DNA from: Betaproteobacteria bacterium
GTDB taxonomy: Bacteria > Pseudomonadota > Gammaproteobacteria > Burkholderiales > SG8-41
Direction: 5' to 3'
DNA length: 42,234 bases
NCBI GenBank assembly: GCA_043759115.1
Contig: JAYVME010000327.1
Coordinates: 1-42,234, forward strand
Positions 16,637 to 25,677 of this stretch are shown here, one piece after another. Every line of letters starts with the position of its first letter. Position 1 is the stretch's first letter. The notes under the pieces are model-generated. The model worked only from the letters and a program-made list of their open reading frames with translations. It was not told the origin of the DNA and ran no database searches. A program made the translations under genes and the position numbers.

Positions 16637-17929
16637 ATGAAAAAAATCACTCCAGATAACAACGAAGATCTGCCGCTGAATCAGTTCTTCGCCAACGGTG
16701 TGCTCGAAAGCGATTTGCAAGCGCTGGCGCCGTTGATGAATTCACGCGCGATGCTCAACGCCTTCATCATGGTGTTTCGTGGCGGTGAAGCGGAAATTCT
16801 TATTCGGTTGCTGGTAATGCGTGAAATCGGGGGGCGTCCCGATGCGCCACGGTGGAGTCCACAAGAACTCGCGCAACATTTTTCGTATCTCGATCCGGTA
16901 AAACTGAATACCGTACTGGATCGCCTGAAGGAATACGGCTTGCTGATATGGGACAGCGAGGATCGCACCTATCAGTTGAGCGGCACTGCGCGCGTGACGC
17001 TTTCCGCGTTGGCCAATGTACTGGCCCTGCCTGCGGGGGTAGACGCCGACCTCGCGTATATCACCTCGCAGGTCGCCGCCGGACAATCCATCGGACGGCC
17101 TTCGCTGGAGGCGCTTAATCTGCTGCTCACAAAATATCGCGAGCTACAGAAAGAATTCGAGGACGCACTGGTCAGCGGCTCGGAGTTTCGCATCCGCCAG
17201 GCCAGCGCCAAATTCAACGCCGTCGAATCCACTGTCGAGAAGGGCAACGACATCATTCGCTCGCTGATGAAAAATGGCGAACTCGAAGACGCAATGTACC
17301 GCAATGCGCAGGCCATCGGCCAGGCGCAAAGCCATCTGTTGCGCATGCACGCCGCGTTCCAGCGCACCCTGCACGCGCTTGAATTGCAGAGCGTATCGCT
17401 GGGCGGCAGCGGTTTGTCTTCGTCCGATGTAGTGCAATGGCTGCGCACGCTCGATCAGGATCGCCTCGCGGCGCTCGGCGCGCGCACCCTCGGCGGTATG
17501 CAGCCCTTGCCGTTCGCCATGAGCGACCTGATGCTTGATGTCGCCGAATATGAATTGCTGGAGCGTGAGCGCCTGGCTCAGGAAAACACTGCGCTGCCGC
17601 CGCCGTGCGACGCACCCGGTACGAACGAAATGTCCACCGAGCGTTTCTTGGCACTCGATCGATTTGTCAGCCAGCTTGCGGAAATAAAATCGCCAACGCC
17701 GCTCGCTGATGCCGTGGTAAATGGCGGCTACGCGCTATCGGCATACCGGTTGTCGCTGCTGGCTTTGATCGCAGATCCTGAGTCAGCCGAGATGCGCGGG
17801 CGGATCGCGGATCTTGCGCGCCTGCCGCTGCGCGTCATGATTTCAGATGATCACGAAGCCGTGGCGCGCGATGAAGTCGCGCAGATCAGCTGTGGCGCGC
17901 TGACGCCTGCTGCCACAGACGCAGTATGA
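16637..17929 (+). CDS. Kleisin-like subunit candidate (JetA/MksF-like) of an SMC-type defence operon
   Basis: 430 aa. It has a winged-helix-like segment (LDRLKEYGLLIWDSEDRTYQLSG), a long helical middle and a second globular C-terminal part. It is the first gene of a four-gene cassette and overlaps the next gene by ATGA. The family assignment is inferred from context. Confidence 0.55.
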   Translation: MKKITPDNNEDLPLNQFFANGVLESDLQALAPLMNSRAMLNAFIMVFRGGEAEILIRLLVMREIGGRPDAPRWSPQELAQHFSYLDPVKLNTVLDRLKEYGLLIWDSEDRTYQLSGTARVTLSALANVLALPAGVDADLAYITSQVAAGQSIGRPSLEALNLLLTKYRELQKEFEDALVSGSEFRIRQASAKFNAVESTVEKGNDIIRSLMKNGELEDAMYRNAQAIGQAQSHLLRMHAAFQRTLHALELQSVSLGGSGLSSSDVVQWLRTLDQDRLAALGARTLGGMQPLPFAMSDLMLDVAEYELLERERLAQENTALPPPCDAPGTNEMSTERFLALDRFVSQLAEIKSPTPLADAVVNGGYALSAYRLSLLALIADPESAEMRGRIADLARLPLRVMISDDHEAVARDEVAQISCGALTPAATDAV

Positions 17930-18585
17930 CCGACGATGCGCAAGTGTTGATCGCGCGTCTGATCACCGAACGCTGGGTACCGCGCGCCGATGCGCTGTCG
18001 CGGCGCGTGCTGGTGGACGAAGAGTTTCGTGAGGAAATCGAACGCCGCCTCGCCGCCTGCGGATTGCGTCTGCTCGACAACCCATATGCGACGCATATCG
18101 CGCTGGGGCTTGCCAACACCGCTGAAGAACCGGTGCTGGCGCGCGACGGACAATGGCTATCAAGCAATCTGGGCCTTGCACGCGATTGCGTGGCGTTGCT
18201 GGTGGTGCTGTGGGCATTGCTGATATTGCCCAAGCGTGAACGGCAAGTCTCGCGCCGTGGTAATACGGAAACGCAACAAAACGATATGTTCGGCCTGGAG
18301 AAATCCATACCCACAGGCGGTGACGTTGAAGGCAGCCTGCCGGAGCGTACGCTCATCGCGGACTTTGGCAAACAACTCGGCGGCAAAACACGCATCGGGT
18401 TTAACCTTGGTATATTATCTCGTCACGGCTTTATCGAGCGTCATCAGGGTGTTATTCACGAAGGGCCGTTGTTGGATCTGGCTCTCGATCACCGCGTGCT
18501 CGCGCCGCGCATACTCGACGGCGCGCTTGCTGAATTGCTTGCCGCCCGCAGCATCGAAAAAGCGCCGGACGTGAACAAGGAATAG
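17926..18585 (+). CDS. Small partner subunit candidate (JetB/MksE, DUF4194-like)
   Basis: 219 aa. Its size and position match the KITE-like subunit of Wadjet/Mks operons, and it is translationally coupled to the upstream gene. I identified no motif by eye. Confidence 0.5.
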   Translation: MTDDAQVLIARLITERWVPRADALSRRVLVDEEFREEIERRLAACGLRLLDNPYATHIALGLANTAEEPVLARDGQWLSSNLGLARDCVALLVVLWALLILPKRERQVSRRGNTETQQNDMFGLEKSIPTGGDVEGSLPERTLIADFGKQLGGKTRIGFNLGILSRHGFIERHQGVIHEGPLLDLALDHRVLAPRILDGALAELLAARSIEKAPDVNKE

Positions 18586-18590
18586 CGCCG

Positions 18591-21395
18591 GTGTTTCATC
18601 TGAAAAGCATCGAGCTCGTGCATTGGGACTACTGGCAACGATTTCGCCAGACGCTCGACGCCAGTATCGTCGCCATCGTCGGCCCCAATGGCTCGGGCAA
18701 AACCACACTGCTTGACGCACTGCGTACTTTGTTTGCGCTTCAATGCGCGGGCAAACGCGACTACAAACGCTATGTGCGTCATTCCGGTGAGCCTTATGCG
18801 TGGCTGCGTGCGGTAGTCGATAACCGCCGCATCGGCAACGTGCGGCACCCGTTTTTTCCGCTACTGGAGGACGAAGTAACGCTGGTGTGCCGCATCCGCA
18901 AGCAAGGCGGCGACTGGCAGCGCCAATATCTGATCGCGCCGGGCGATGCGCCGATTGATGAAGCGATGGAGCGCTCGCCCGATTGGCTGGGCGTACGCGA
19001 TTACGAACGGCGTCTGGCGAACGGCGGATTAAGTACCGCCATCGCGCAAGTGCTCGCGCTCGAACAAGGCGAGACCGACCGCTTGTGCGAATACACACCG
19101 AAAGAGTTGCTCAATCTGGTATTTCATGTGTTCGGCGACAAGCGCGTGCTCGACGACTACCTGCAAGCGCGTGCCGACCAGCGGGACGGCGAAGCCGAGC
19201 TCGACAAGCTCGACGGCGATCTCGCACGCACGGTCAACGAACATGAGGCATTTATCCAGCGCGCCAATCGCTATCAGCAATGGCGCGATTTGAAAAGCGA
19301 AGAAACACTGCTGGAAGCCGAGATACGCCCGCGCGTCGAACTCGCCGAGTTGAGACTATCGATACGCGGCGCGGAGAGCCGACTGGAAGGTTTGCGGCGT
19401 CAGGCGGCGGAGCATCAGATACAAATTGATCATGAAGATCGGAGGCTGGCGCGCACTAGAGACGCGCTGGCGGCATCCGCCGCGCAACAGAAAAGCGCCG
19501 CTTTCGCGCGCGAGACCGCCGCAGCGCAGCACGACACGGCGCTGACCCGCGTCACGGAAACCAGAAGCATGCTGAGTGAACGCAGCCGCCTGCGCGAACA
19601 ATCGCTCGCCGCAGGCAAGGATAGCGCGCAGGCTGCATCACGGCTGGAACAAAGCCGGCCCAAACTGGCGGAAGTCAAAGCCAAAATTGTGGGCCTCACG
19701 CAACGCAATAGCGAATTCAGCACGCGTCTTGCCGCATTGCGTAGCGGCAAGCCTGCGCTACAGCCGTATGCCGCGCAGTTCCGCAGCGCGCTCGACGAAG
19801 CACGCATCGCGCATCTCATGCTCATCGAGATCGTCGAAGTTACCGATGCAGAATGGCAGGGTGCCGTGGAAGCGCTACTCGCGCCGTATCGCCATCTGGT
19901 GCTGCTCAAACGGCCGCACGACCGCGAAGCTGCGTGGCGCATCGGCGAGCGTTTGCAGTACCGCAGTTTTGTGACCCCTGATCTTGAACCGCCACACGAA
20001 GCCGTGCCGGGTAGCGTGCTGGAAATCGCGCGTTTCACCGGTGAGGCACCGGCATGGCTGACGGCTTGGTTGAATCGTGTGCAACGCGTCGAAGATGCCG
20101 CCGCCGGCGCCAAGTGCGACGCGCGGCAGGACTGGATTACCCGTGCCGGTTACCATCGTGAGCGCCGTGGCGCACGGTACGGCGGCGTGCCAGCGCGGGA
20201 TTTTCACTTTGGCGAGGCCGCGCGCCGTACGCAACTGAAAGCGCTGGAAGATGATTGCGCACAACTGCGCGTGGAACTCGATCAACTGGTCGCCGAGGAA
20301 AAAACGCTGCTTGCCGGCATTAGCCGCGATCAGGCGGTAGTTTCGGGTGTCAACGCCGCCGCGATGCTGGCGAGCCGCGCCGAGGAATTCGCCGCCGCCG
20401 AAGTACGGCTGATAACGGAGCAGGAGGCCGAACAGGAGACTGGTGCAGCGCAAAAGGCAGCGATAGAAGAAGAAGGTCGGGTACGCGGCGAACTGGGGCG
20501 GCTGAATGCGGAACAGCAGCAAATCGAAAGCGCTGTCCGGCAGGCGCAAAGTACGTTGACGGTGGCGCAGGGGCAAATCCACACGCAGGCCGACGAACAG
20601 CAAAAGCGCAACGAACGTGAAGCGCAGCTATGTTCGGGCATGCCCGCCGCGTGGCTCGATGAGCAAGCACTGGATAAACTGCTCGCAGAACAGGGATCGC
20701 TGCAAAACGTGGCAGCCCGCATCGGACAGATTCAGCGTCAACTCGAACAGGGACAGTGGGAAACCGATGAGACGGTGATCATGCGCCGCGACAAACTCGC
20801 CGAAGATGTGCAGGCCAAACGCGAACGCGTGGACACCAGCCGCCAGCAATGTGACCGCGCGAAAAAAATTACCGAAGACACGCGGGGCGAGTATCTCAAT
20901 GTGCTGCGCGCCACGGTACGAACCTACGGCAAGCATCTGCGCGAGCTGGGGCTGAAGGCGGGTATCGAAGTAGATTACGCAATGCCGCTCCTGGCCAATG
21001 ACGACATGGCGCTGGCGCAAGCCGGGCTGCTGGTTAGATTCAACTTCGACCAGAAAGGCATGATCGGGATGAACGACGGAGAAGCGTCCGGCGGGCAACA
21101 GGTGATGAAGTCTTTGATCCTGCTGATCGCGCTGACCATGGAGGCCGAACGCCCCGGTGGATTCGTGTTCATTGACGAACCGTTTGCGCACCTCGACGTG
21201 ATGAACATCGACCGCGTAGCGGCGTTTTTGCGTGCGACGCAAGCACAGTACTTGATCACCACACCGAGCACGCACAACATCAACGTGTTCAGCCCGGTGC
21301 AACTGACTCTGGTCACTCAGAAAAAACGCCCCGGTGAACGCTGGGCACCGCCGGTGGCGATGCTGCGCAGGGATGAAACCGTCAGTGCCACCTGA
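18591..21395 (+). CDS. SMC/Rad50/MukB-type ATPase (JetC/MksB-like), 934 aa
   Basis: GTG start. Walker A GPNGSGKT (18681-18704); long Ala/Glu/Gln/Arg-rich coiled-coil halves; a central hinge-like block (LIEIVEVTDAEWQGAVEALLAPYRHLVLLK); signature SGGQ and Walker B FVFIDEPF (21161-21181). Confidence 0.85.
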   Translation: MFHLKSIELVHWDYWQRFRQTLDASIVAIVGPNGSGKTTLLDALRTLFALQCAGKRDYKRYVRHSGEPYAWLRAVVDNRRIGNVRHPFFPLLEDEVTLVCRIRKQGGDWQRQYLIAPGDAPIDEAMERSPDWLGVRDYERRLANGGLSTAIAQVLALEQGETDRLCEYTPKELLNLVFHVFGDKRVLDDYLQARADQRDGEAELDKLDGDLARTVNEHEAFIQRANRYQQWRDLKSEETLLEAEIRPRVELAELRLSIRGAESRLEGLRRQAAEHQIQIDHEDRRLARTRDALAASAAQQKSAAFARETAAAQHDTALTRVTETRSMLSERSRLREQSLAAGKDSAQAASRLEQSRPKLAEVKAKIVGLTQRNSEFSTRLAALRSGKPALQPYAAQFRSALDEARIAHLMLIEIVEVTDAEWQGAVEALLAPYRHLVLLKRPHDREAAWRIGERLQYRSFVTPDLEPPHEAVPGSVLEIARFTGEAPAWLTAWLNRVQRVEDAAAGAKCDARQDWITRAGYHRERRGARYGGVPARDFHFGEAARRTQLKALEDDCAQLRVELDQLVAEEKTLLAGISRDQAVVSGVNAAAMLASRAEEFAAAEVRLITEQEAEQETGAAQKAAIEEEGRVRGELGRLNAEQQQIESAVRQAQSTLTVAQGQIHTQADEQQKRNEREAQLCSGMPAAWLDEQALDKLLAEQGSLQNVAARIGQIQRQLEQGQWETDETVIMRRDKLAEDVQAKRERVDTSRQQCDRAKKITEDTRGEYLNVLRATVRTYGKHLRELGLKAGIEVDYAMPLLANDDMALAQAGLLVRFNFDQKGMIGMNDGEASGGQQVMKSLILLIALTMEAERPGGFVFIDEPFAHLDVMNIDRVAAFLRATQAQYLITTPSTHNINVFSPVQLTLVTQKKRPGERWAPPVAMLRRDETVSAT

Positions 21396-22596
21396 AGGTT
21401 GGGCGGCGCCCGGTGCGGACGGCATATGCGTCCGCGCACTCGATGTTGGCGCGAAGACTACGTTGCGCGGACGGCGCTTGCGGCGTGCCATGACCGCCGA
21501 CACCCGCGTGATAGCCGCTTGGCCGGCGGAATGGCGTGATCTGCTTTTGCAGTGGCTGGACGGCGCTTCCAGGCGCCGCTGGAACACGTTAATCGGTCAA
21601 GCGGGAAACGCCGGCTTTAATATCGCGCACGACCTGCTTGACGCGCTGCTGCGCGCGGGCTTGGTTGAGACCGATGAAGTGCGCGAGCGCGGCCACTGGA
21701 AAACTCAACAAGTCACCTTCATCGTACGCGCTGCGCTGCGTAGCGCGTTGGGTTTGCCCGATACCGAAGCCTTGCGCGCACAGATTGCAGTCGAAATTGC
21801 CACGCCACCGCAAGATGTTCGCCTTATGCCGCTATGGGCTGACCTCGCGGATTACCCGCCCGCCCGCGGGCTCGAACGTTGCGCGCTGCTGCGCAAAATT
21901 GATGCATGGATTGCTGATAACCATTTCGGCACGCGTCGGGACTTCGCCCTGTTCGCGCGAGGCACAACCAAAGCGGTGAGCAGCTCGGAGTGGAAATGGC
22001 TAGAAACCCTGCCGGATTTCGGCGCGTTCGGAATTGAACGGCACACACCGGCGCTGTGGATGCGCGCGCCGCTTACGCTGTGTTTTGGCGACAGAAAAAT
22101 CGATCTTTCGGCGATACCCGACTTGATCGGTATTTCACCAGAGACCCTCAAGCGGCTCGACGGCGTGGCCGGCGATATCGGTTGCTGGCGCATCATCGAA
22201 AACCGCACAAGCTTCGAGCGCGCGGCGCGTGAACACGGCGATACCGATGGTGTGATCTGGATTCCCGGCTTCGCACCTAGCTGGTGGAAGGAGTCCATGC
22301 GGCGAATTCTCCAATGTAAACCCGCGCCGGCCGAGATAGCGTGCGATCCCGATCCTGCCGGCATCAACATCGCTCTTGACGCGGGCGCCGTGTGGCAGTC
22401 ATGCGGTCTCGCATGGTCACCATGGAAAATGAATGTACGCGAACTGATGCAATTGGATGCGCGCTTGCCGCTGTCTAGCCATGATAAAGTCCTTCTCGAA
22501 CAAATGACGACGCGCGTCCTGCCTGCCGCATTACGAGAGATCGCAAACTGGATGCAAGCGCACGGTGAAAAAGGTGAGCAAGAAGGCTATTTGTAA
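21373..22596 (+). CDS. Toprim-like nuclease subunit candidate (JetD/MksG, DUF2220-like C-terminus); start uncertain
   Basis: C-terminal WRIIENRTSFE (22186-22218) and CDPDPAG (22342-22362) form an E...DxD Toprim-like pattern. The N-terminal half is helical and winged-helix-like. Possible starts are 21334, 21373 (both overlap the upstream gene) or the ATG at 21490. Confidence 0.65.
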   Translation: MKPSVPPEGWAAPGADGICVRALDVGAKTTLRGRRLRRAMTADTRVIAAWPAEWRDLLLQWLDGASRRRWNTLIGQAGNAGFNIAHDLLDALLRAGLVETDEVRERGHWKTQQVTFIVRAALRSALGLPDTEALRAQIAVEIATPPQDVRLMPLWADLADYPPARGLERCALLRKIDAWIADNHFGTRRDFALFARGTTKAVSSSEWKWLETLPDFGAFGIERHTPALWMRAPLTLCFGDRKIDLSAIPDLIGISPETLKRLDGVAGDIGCWRIIENRTSFERAAREHGDTDGVIWIPGFAPSWWKESMRRILQCKPAPAEIACDPDPAGINIALDAGAVWQSCGLAWSPWKMNVRELMQLDARLPLSSHDKVLLEQMTTRVLPAALREIANWMQAHGEKGEQEGYL

Positions 22597-22651
22597 GTGG
22601 TGACATCTATCGCCGCCGCAGGGTTAATTCATAACTTTTAATGGATTTTTA

Positions 22652-24433
22652 ATGCCGAAGCTGATCGAAGTCAAAGTCCCCGATATCGGGGACTTCAAAA
22701 ACATTCCGATCATCGAAATCCTGGTCAAACCCGGCGATCATGTGCAGCCGGAAGATCCGCTGATCGCGCTCGAATCCGACAAAGCGACGCTGGAAGTACC
22801 GTCGCCGGCCGCGGGCATCGTCAAGGAACTCAAAATCAAAGTCGGCGACAAAGTTTCGCAGGGCACGCTGGTGCTCACGCTGGATACCGTCGCCGCAACC
22901 CACGCCGCGCCGGACAAAGCGGCGACGGCGACTGTGCAGCAACCCGCTGCGCCGACGCCGACGCGTGCCGCGCCACCCGCCGCATTGTTCACCGGCGACA
23001 CGGACACCGAGTGCGACATGCTGGTGCTGGGCGCCGGGCCCGGCGGTTATTCCGCGGCTTTCCGCGCGGCCGACCTCGGCCTGAAAACCGTGCTGGTCGA
23101 GCGCTACGCGGCACTGGGCGGCGTGTGTCTGAACGTCGGCTGCATTCCATCGAAAGCGCTGTTGCACGTCGCGGCGGTCATGGACGAGGCCGCGCATTTC
23201 GCGGAACTTGGCGTCGACTTCGGCAAACCGGTCGTCGACCTTGCCAAGCTGCGCGCGCATAAAACCAAGGTGGTGGGCAAGCTCACCGGCGGTCTTGCCG
23301 CAATGGCCAAGGCGCGCAAAGTCACGGTGGTGCGCGGCTACGGGCACTTTCTAGACCCGCATCACCTTGAAGTCGAAGCGACCCAGGGCGACGGGCAGGA
23401 CAAGACGGGCGGCAAAACCGTTATCTGGTTCAAGCAGGCGATCGTGGCGGCGGGTTCGATGCCCGTCAGGCTGCCGTTCGTGCCTGAAGATCCGCGCATC
23501 GTCGATTCGACCGGCGCGTTGACGCTGCCCGTCATTCCCAAACGCATGCTCGTCATCGGCGGCGGCATCATCGGGCTTGAAATGGCGACCGTGTATTCGA
23601 CGCTCGGCAGCCGCATCGAAGTGGTGGAAATGCTCGACGGCCTGATGCAGGGCGCCGACCGCGATCTGGTGAACGTGTGGCACAAATACAATGCGGCGCG
23701 TTTCGACCAGGTGATGCTCAAGACCAAAACCGTCGCCGTCGAGGCAACACCCCAGGGGATACGGGTCAGATTCGAGGGCGAACAGGCGCCCGCCGAACCC
23801 CAGATCTATGATCTCGTGTTGGTCGGCGTGGGGCGCAGCCCGAACGGCCATAAAATCGGCGCCGACAAGGCGGGCATCGCGGTCGATCAGCGCGGCTACA
23901 TTGCCACCGACCAGCAGATGCGAACCAGCGTGCCGCATATCTACGCTATCGGCGACATCATCGGTCAGCCCATGCTCGCGCATAAAGCGGTGCATGAGGG
24001 ACATATCGCGGCTGAAGTGGCGGCCGGCCAGAAATCTTTTTTCGACGCGCGGGTAATTCCGTCGGTCGCGTACACCGACCCCGAAGTCGCATGGGCGGGC
24101 CTCACCGAAGAAGAAGCGAAAAAGCAGGGCATCAAGATCGGCGTCGGCAAGTTTCCATGGGCGGCGAGCGGTCGCGCCATTGCCAACGGCCGCGACGAAG
24201 GCTACACCAAGCTTATTTTCGACCATGCCACGCATCGCATCATCGGCGGCGGCATCGTCGGCACCCACGCCGGCGACCTGATCAGCGAAATCGCGCTCGC
24301 CATCGAAATGGGCGCGGACGCGATCGATATCGGCAAGACCATTCATCCGCATCCGACGCTCGGCGAATCGGTCGGCATGGCGGCCGAAGTCTACGAAGGT
24401 GTGTGCACCGACCTGATGCCGACCAAGAAGTAA
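22652..24433 (+). CDS. lpdA: Dihydrolipoyl dehydrogenase (E3) with an N-terminal lipoyl-attachment domain
   Basis: Lipoyl domain (IALESDKATLEVPSPAAG), Ala/Pro linker, FAD site (VLGAGPGGY), redox-active CLNVGCIPSK, and a C-terminal dimerisation domain with HPHPTL. Confidence 0.95.
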   Translation: MPKLIEVKVPDIGDFKNIPIIEILVKPGDHVQPEDPLIALESDKATLEVPSPAAGIVKELKIKVGDKVSQGTLVLTLDTVAATHAAPDKAATATVQQPAAPTPTRAAPPAALFTGDTDTECDMLVLGAGPGGYSAAFRAADLGLKTVLVERYAALGGVCLNVGCIPSKALLHVAAVMDEAAHFAELGVDFGKPVVDLAKLRAHKTKVVGKLTGGLAAMAKARKVTVVRGYGHFLDPHHLEVEATQGDGQDKTGGKTVIWFKQAIVAAGSMPVRLPFVPEDPRIVDSTGALTLPVIPKRMLVIGGGIIGLEMATVYSTLGSRIEVVEMLDGLMQGADRDLVNVWHKYNAARFDQVMLKTKTVAVEATPQGIRVRFEGEQAPAEPQIYDLVLVGVGRSPNGHKIGADKAGIAVDQRGYIATDQQMRTSVPHIYAIGDIIGQPMLAHKAVHEGHIAAEVAAGQKSFFDARVIPSVAYTDPEVAWAGLTEEEAKKQGIKIGVGKFPWAASGRAIANGRDEGYTKLIFDHATHRIIGGGIVGTHAGDLISEIALAIEMGADAIDIGKTIHPHPTLGESVGMAAEVYEGVCTDLMPTKK

Positions 24434-24447
24434 CTAACAATACCGGC

Positions 24448-24472
24448 GCGCCGCGAAAGCGGCGCATTTCTT
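24448..24472 (+). terminator. Rho-independent terminator after lpdA
   Basis: gcgccgc gaaa gcggcgc followed by atttctt, 15 nt after the lpdA stop. Confidence 0.7.
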
Positions 24473-24546
24473 CCGCCGCCGCACGATCATTGGGTCTGCA
24501 CGTGGCAATTGTCTGCGATAATGTGCGTTTAGCAAAGTGACCTCTC

Positions 24547-25032
24547 ATGCGAATCTGGGTTGATGCGGATGCCTGCCCCAACCCGGTCAAGGAAATCCTG
24601 TTCCGTGCGGCGGACCGGACGCGGATCGCGCTGACCCTGGTCGCCAACAAGCCTTTGCGCACCCCGCCGTCGCCCTATATCAACACGATCCAGGTCGCCG
24701 CCGGGTTCGACGTGGCCGATGACAAAATCGCCGGCGAGTTGTGCGCCGGCGATCTCGTCATCACCGCCGACATCCCGCTTGCCGCCGCCGTGATCTGCAA
24801 GGCCGGCCATGTCCTCGATCCCCGCGGCGAGCTCTATACCAGCGACAACATCGAGGCGCGCCTGACGTTGCGCAAATTCATGGATGAATTGCGCGCCAGC
24901 GGCGTGGACACCGGCGGCCCCGCGCCGTTTAACCACGGCGACCGGCAGGCCTTCGCCCAGCAGCTGGATCGCATACTGGCGCAACACGCCCGTGCCGAAA
25001 TTGCTCCCAAACAGCCGGCGCCGGGCGCATAA
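24547..25032 (+). CDS. yaiI: YaiI/YqxD family protein (UPF0178/DUF188)
   Basis: [22 protein letters not shown]... is the typical N-terminus of the family, and the 161-aa length fits. Confidence 0.85.
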   Translation: MRIWVDADACPNPVKEILFRAADRTRIALTLVANKPLRTPPSPYINTIQVAAGFDVADDKIAGELCAGDLVITADIPLAAAVICKAGHVLDPRGELYTSDNIEARLTLRKFMDELRASGVDTGGPAPFNHGDRQAFAQQLDRILAQHARAEIAPKQPAPGA

Positions 25033-25061
25033 TTACGCCTACACCATGAAAGGATAAGCCA

Positions 25062-25226
25062 TTGGCCAAACCAAACTATCAATTTGAAAAGCGGCAGAAA
25101 GAATTGACAAAGAAGAAAAAGAAAGAGGAAAAACGCCTGCGCAAGCTCGGGGAGAACCCTCCGCTTGCACCGGAATCTCCGGCAGCGAATCCCGTTCCGC
25201 CGCCGCCCGAGGGCGAAACCCCGTAG
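25062..25226 (+). CDS. Small lysine-rich protein (54 aa), TTG start; not in the ORF track
   Basis: Own translation: (M)AKPNYQFEKRQKELTKKKKKEEKRLRKLGENPPLAPESPAANPVPPPPEGETP*. AAGGA lies 7 nt upstream of the TTG. It resembles small conserved basic proteins of Betaproteobacteria, from memory only. Confidence 0.4.
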   Translation: MAKPNYQFEKRQKELTKKKKKEEKRLRKLGENPPLAPESPAANPVPPPPEGETP

Positions 25227-25252
25227 CAGTACACACTCCGGGCGGTCACTTC

Positions 25253-25660
25253 ATGGCAGTCACCAAAACAAAACTCGCAAAGTGCATTCATCACCGCGTC
25301 AGGCTGCGGCCGCCCGCGCGCCGCTTCCGCGGCGTCACGGAACTTCGCATCATGGACGACGATTGGCTCTTGCAGGAAGTCGAAGACAAAGCGGTAAGAA
25401 TCAGAAATATCCGCACCGACCACGTCGCGGTTCTCGGCTTTAATCAGATCAACGAATACGTGGCCGACCCCAAGCGGGAATTCGACGGCTTGCGCCACGG
25501 CTTCCTTGAACTTCGCGTGCAGGTATTTTTGCGCGGGCCCGAACTGGTAATCGAACCGCGCCCTTCGGCCGCGAAACCTGCAACCGCGAAACCTGCAACC
25601 GCAAAGCGCGCGGCCGCGCCGCGCAAGGCCGCGGCACCCCGCAAACGCAAGAAGATCTAG
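25253..25660 (+). CDS. Hypothetical protein with a basic AKP/AAPRK-repeat tail
   Basis: 135-aa ORF whose C-terminus is SAAKPATAKPATAKRAAAPRKAAAPRKRKKI (histone-H1-like tail). A strong hairpin follows it. Confidence 0.55.
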   Translation: MAVTKTKLAKCIHHRVRLRPPARRFRGVTELRIMDDDWLLQEVEDKAVRIRNIRTDHVAVLGFNQINEYVADPKREFDGLRHGFLELRVQVFLRGPELVIEPRPSAAKPATAKPATAKRAAAPRKAAAPRKRKKI

Positions 25661-25677
25661 ATAGCTGGCACTAACTT

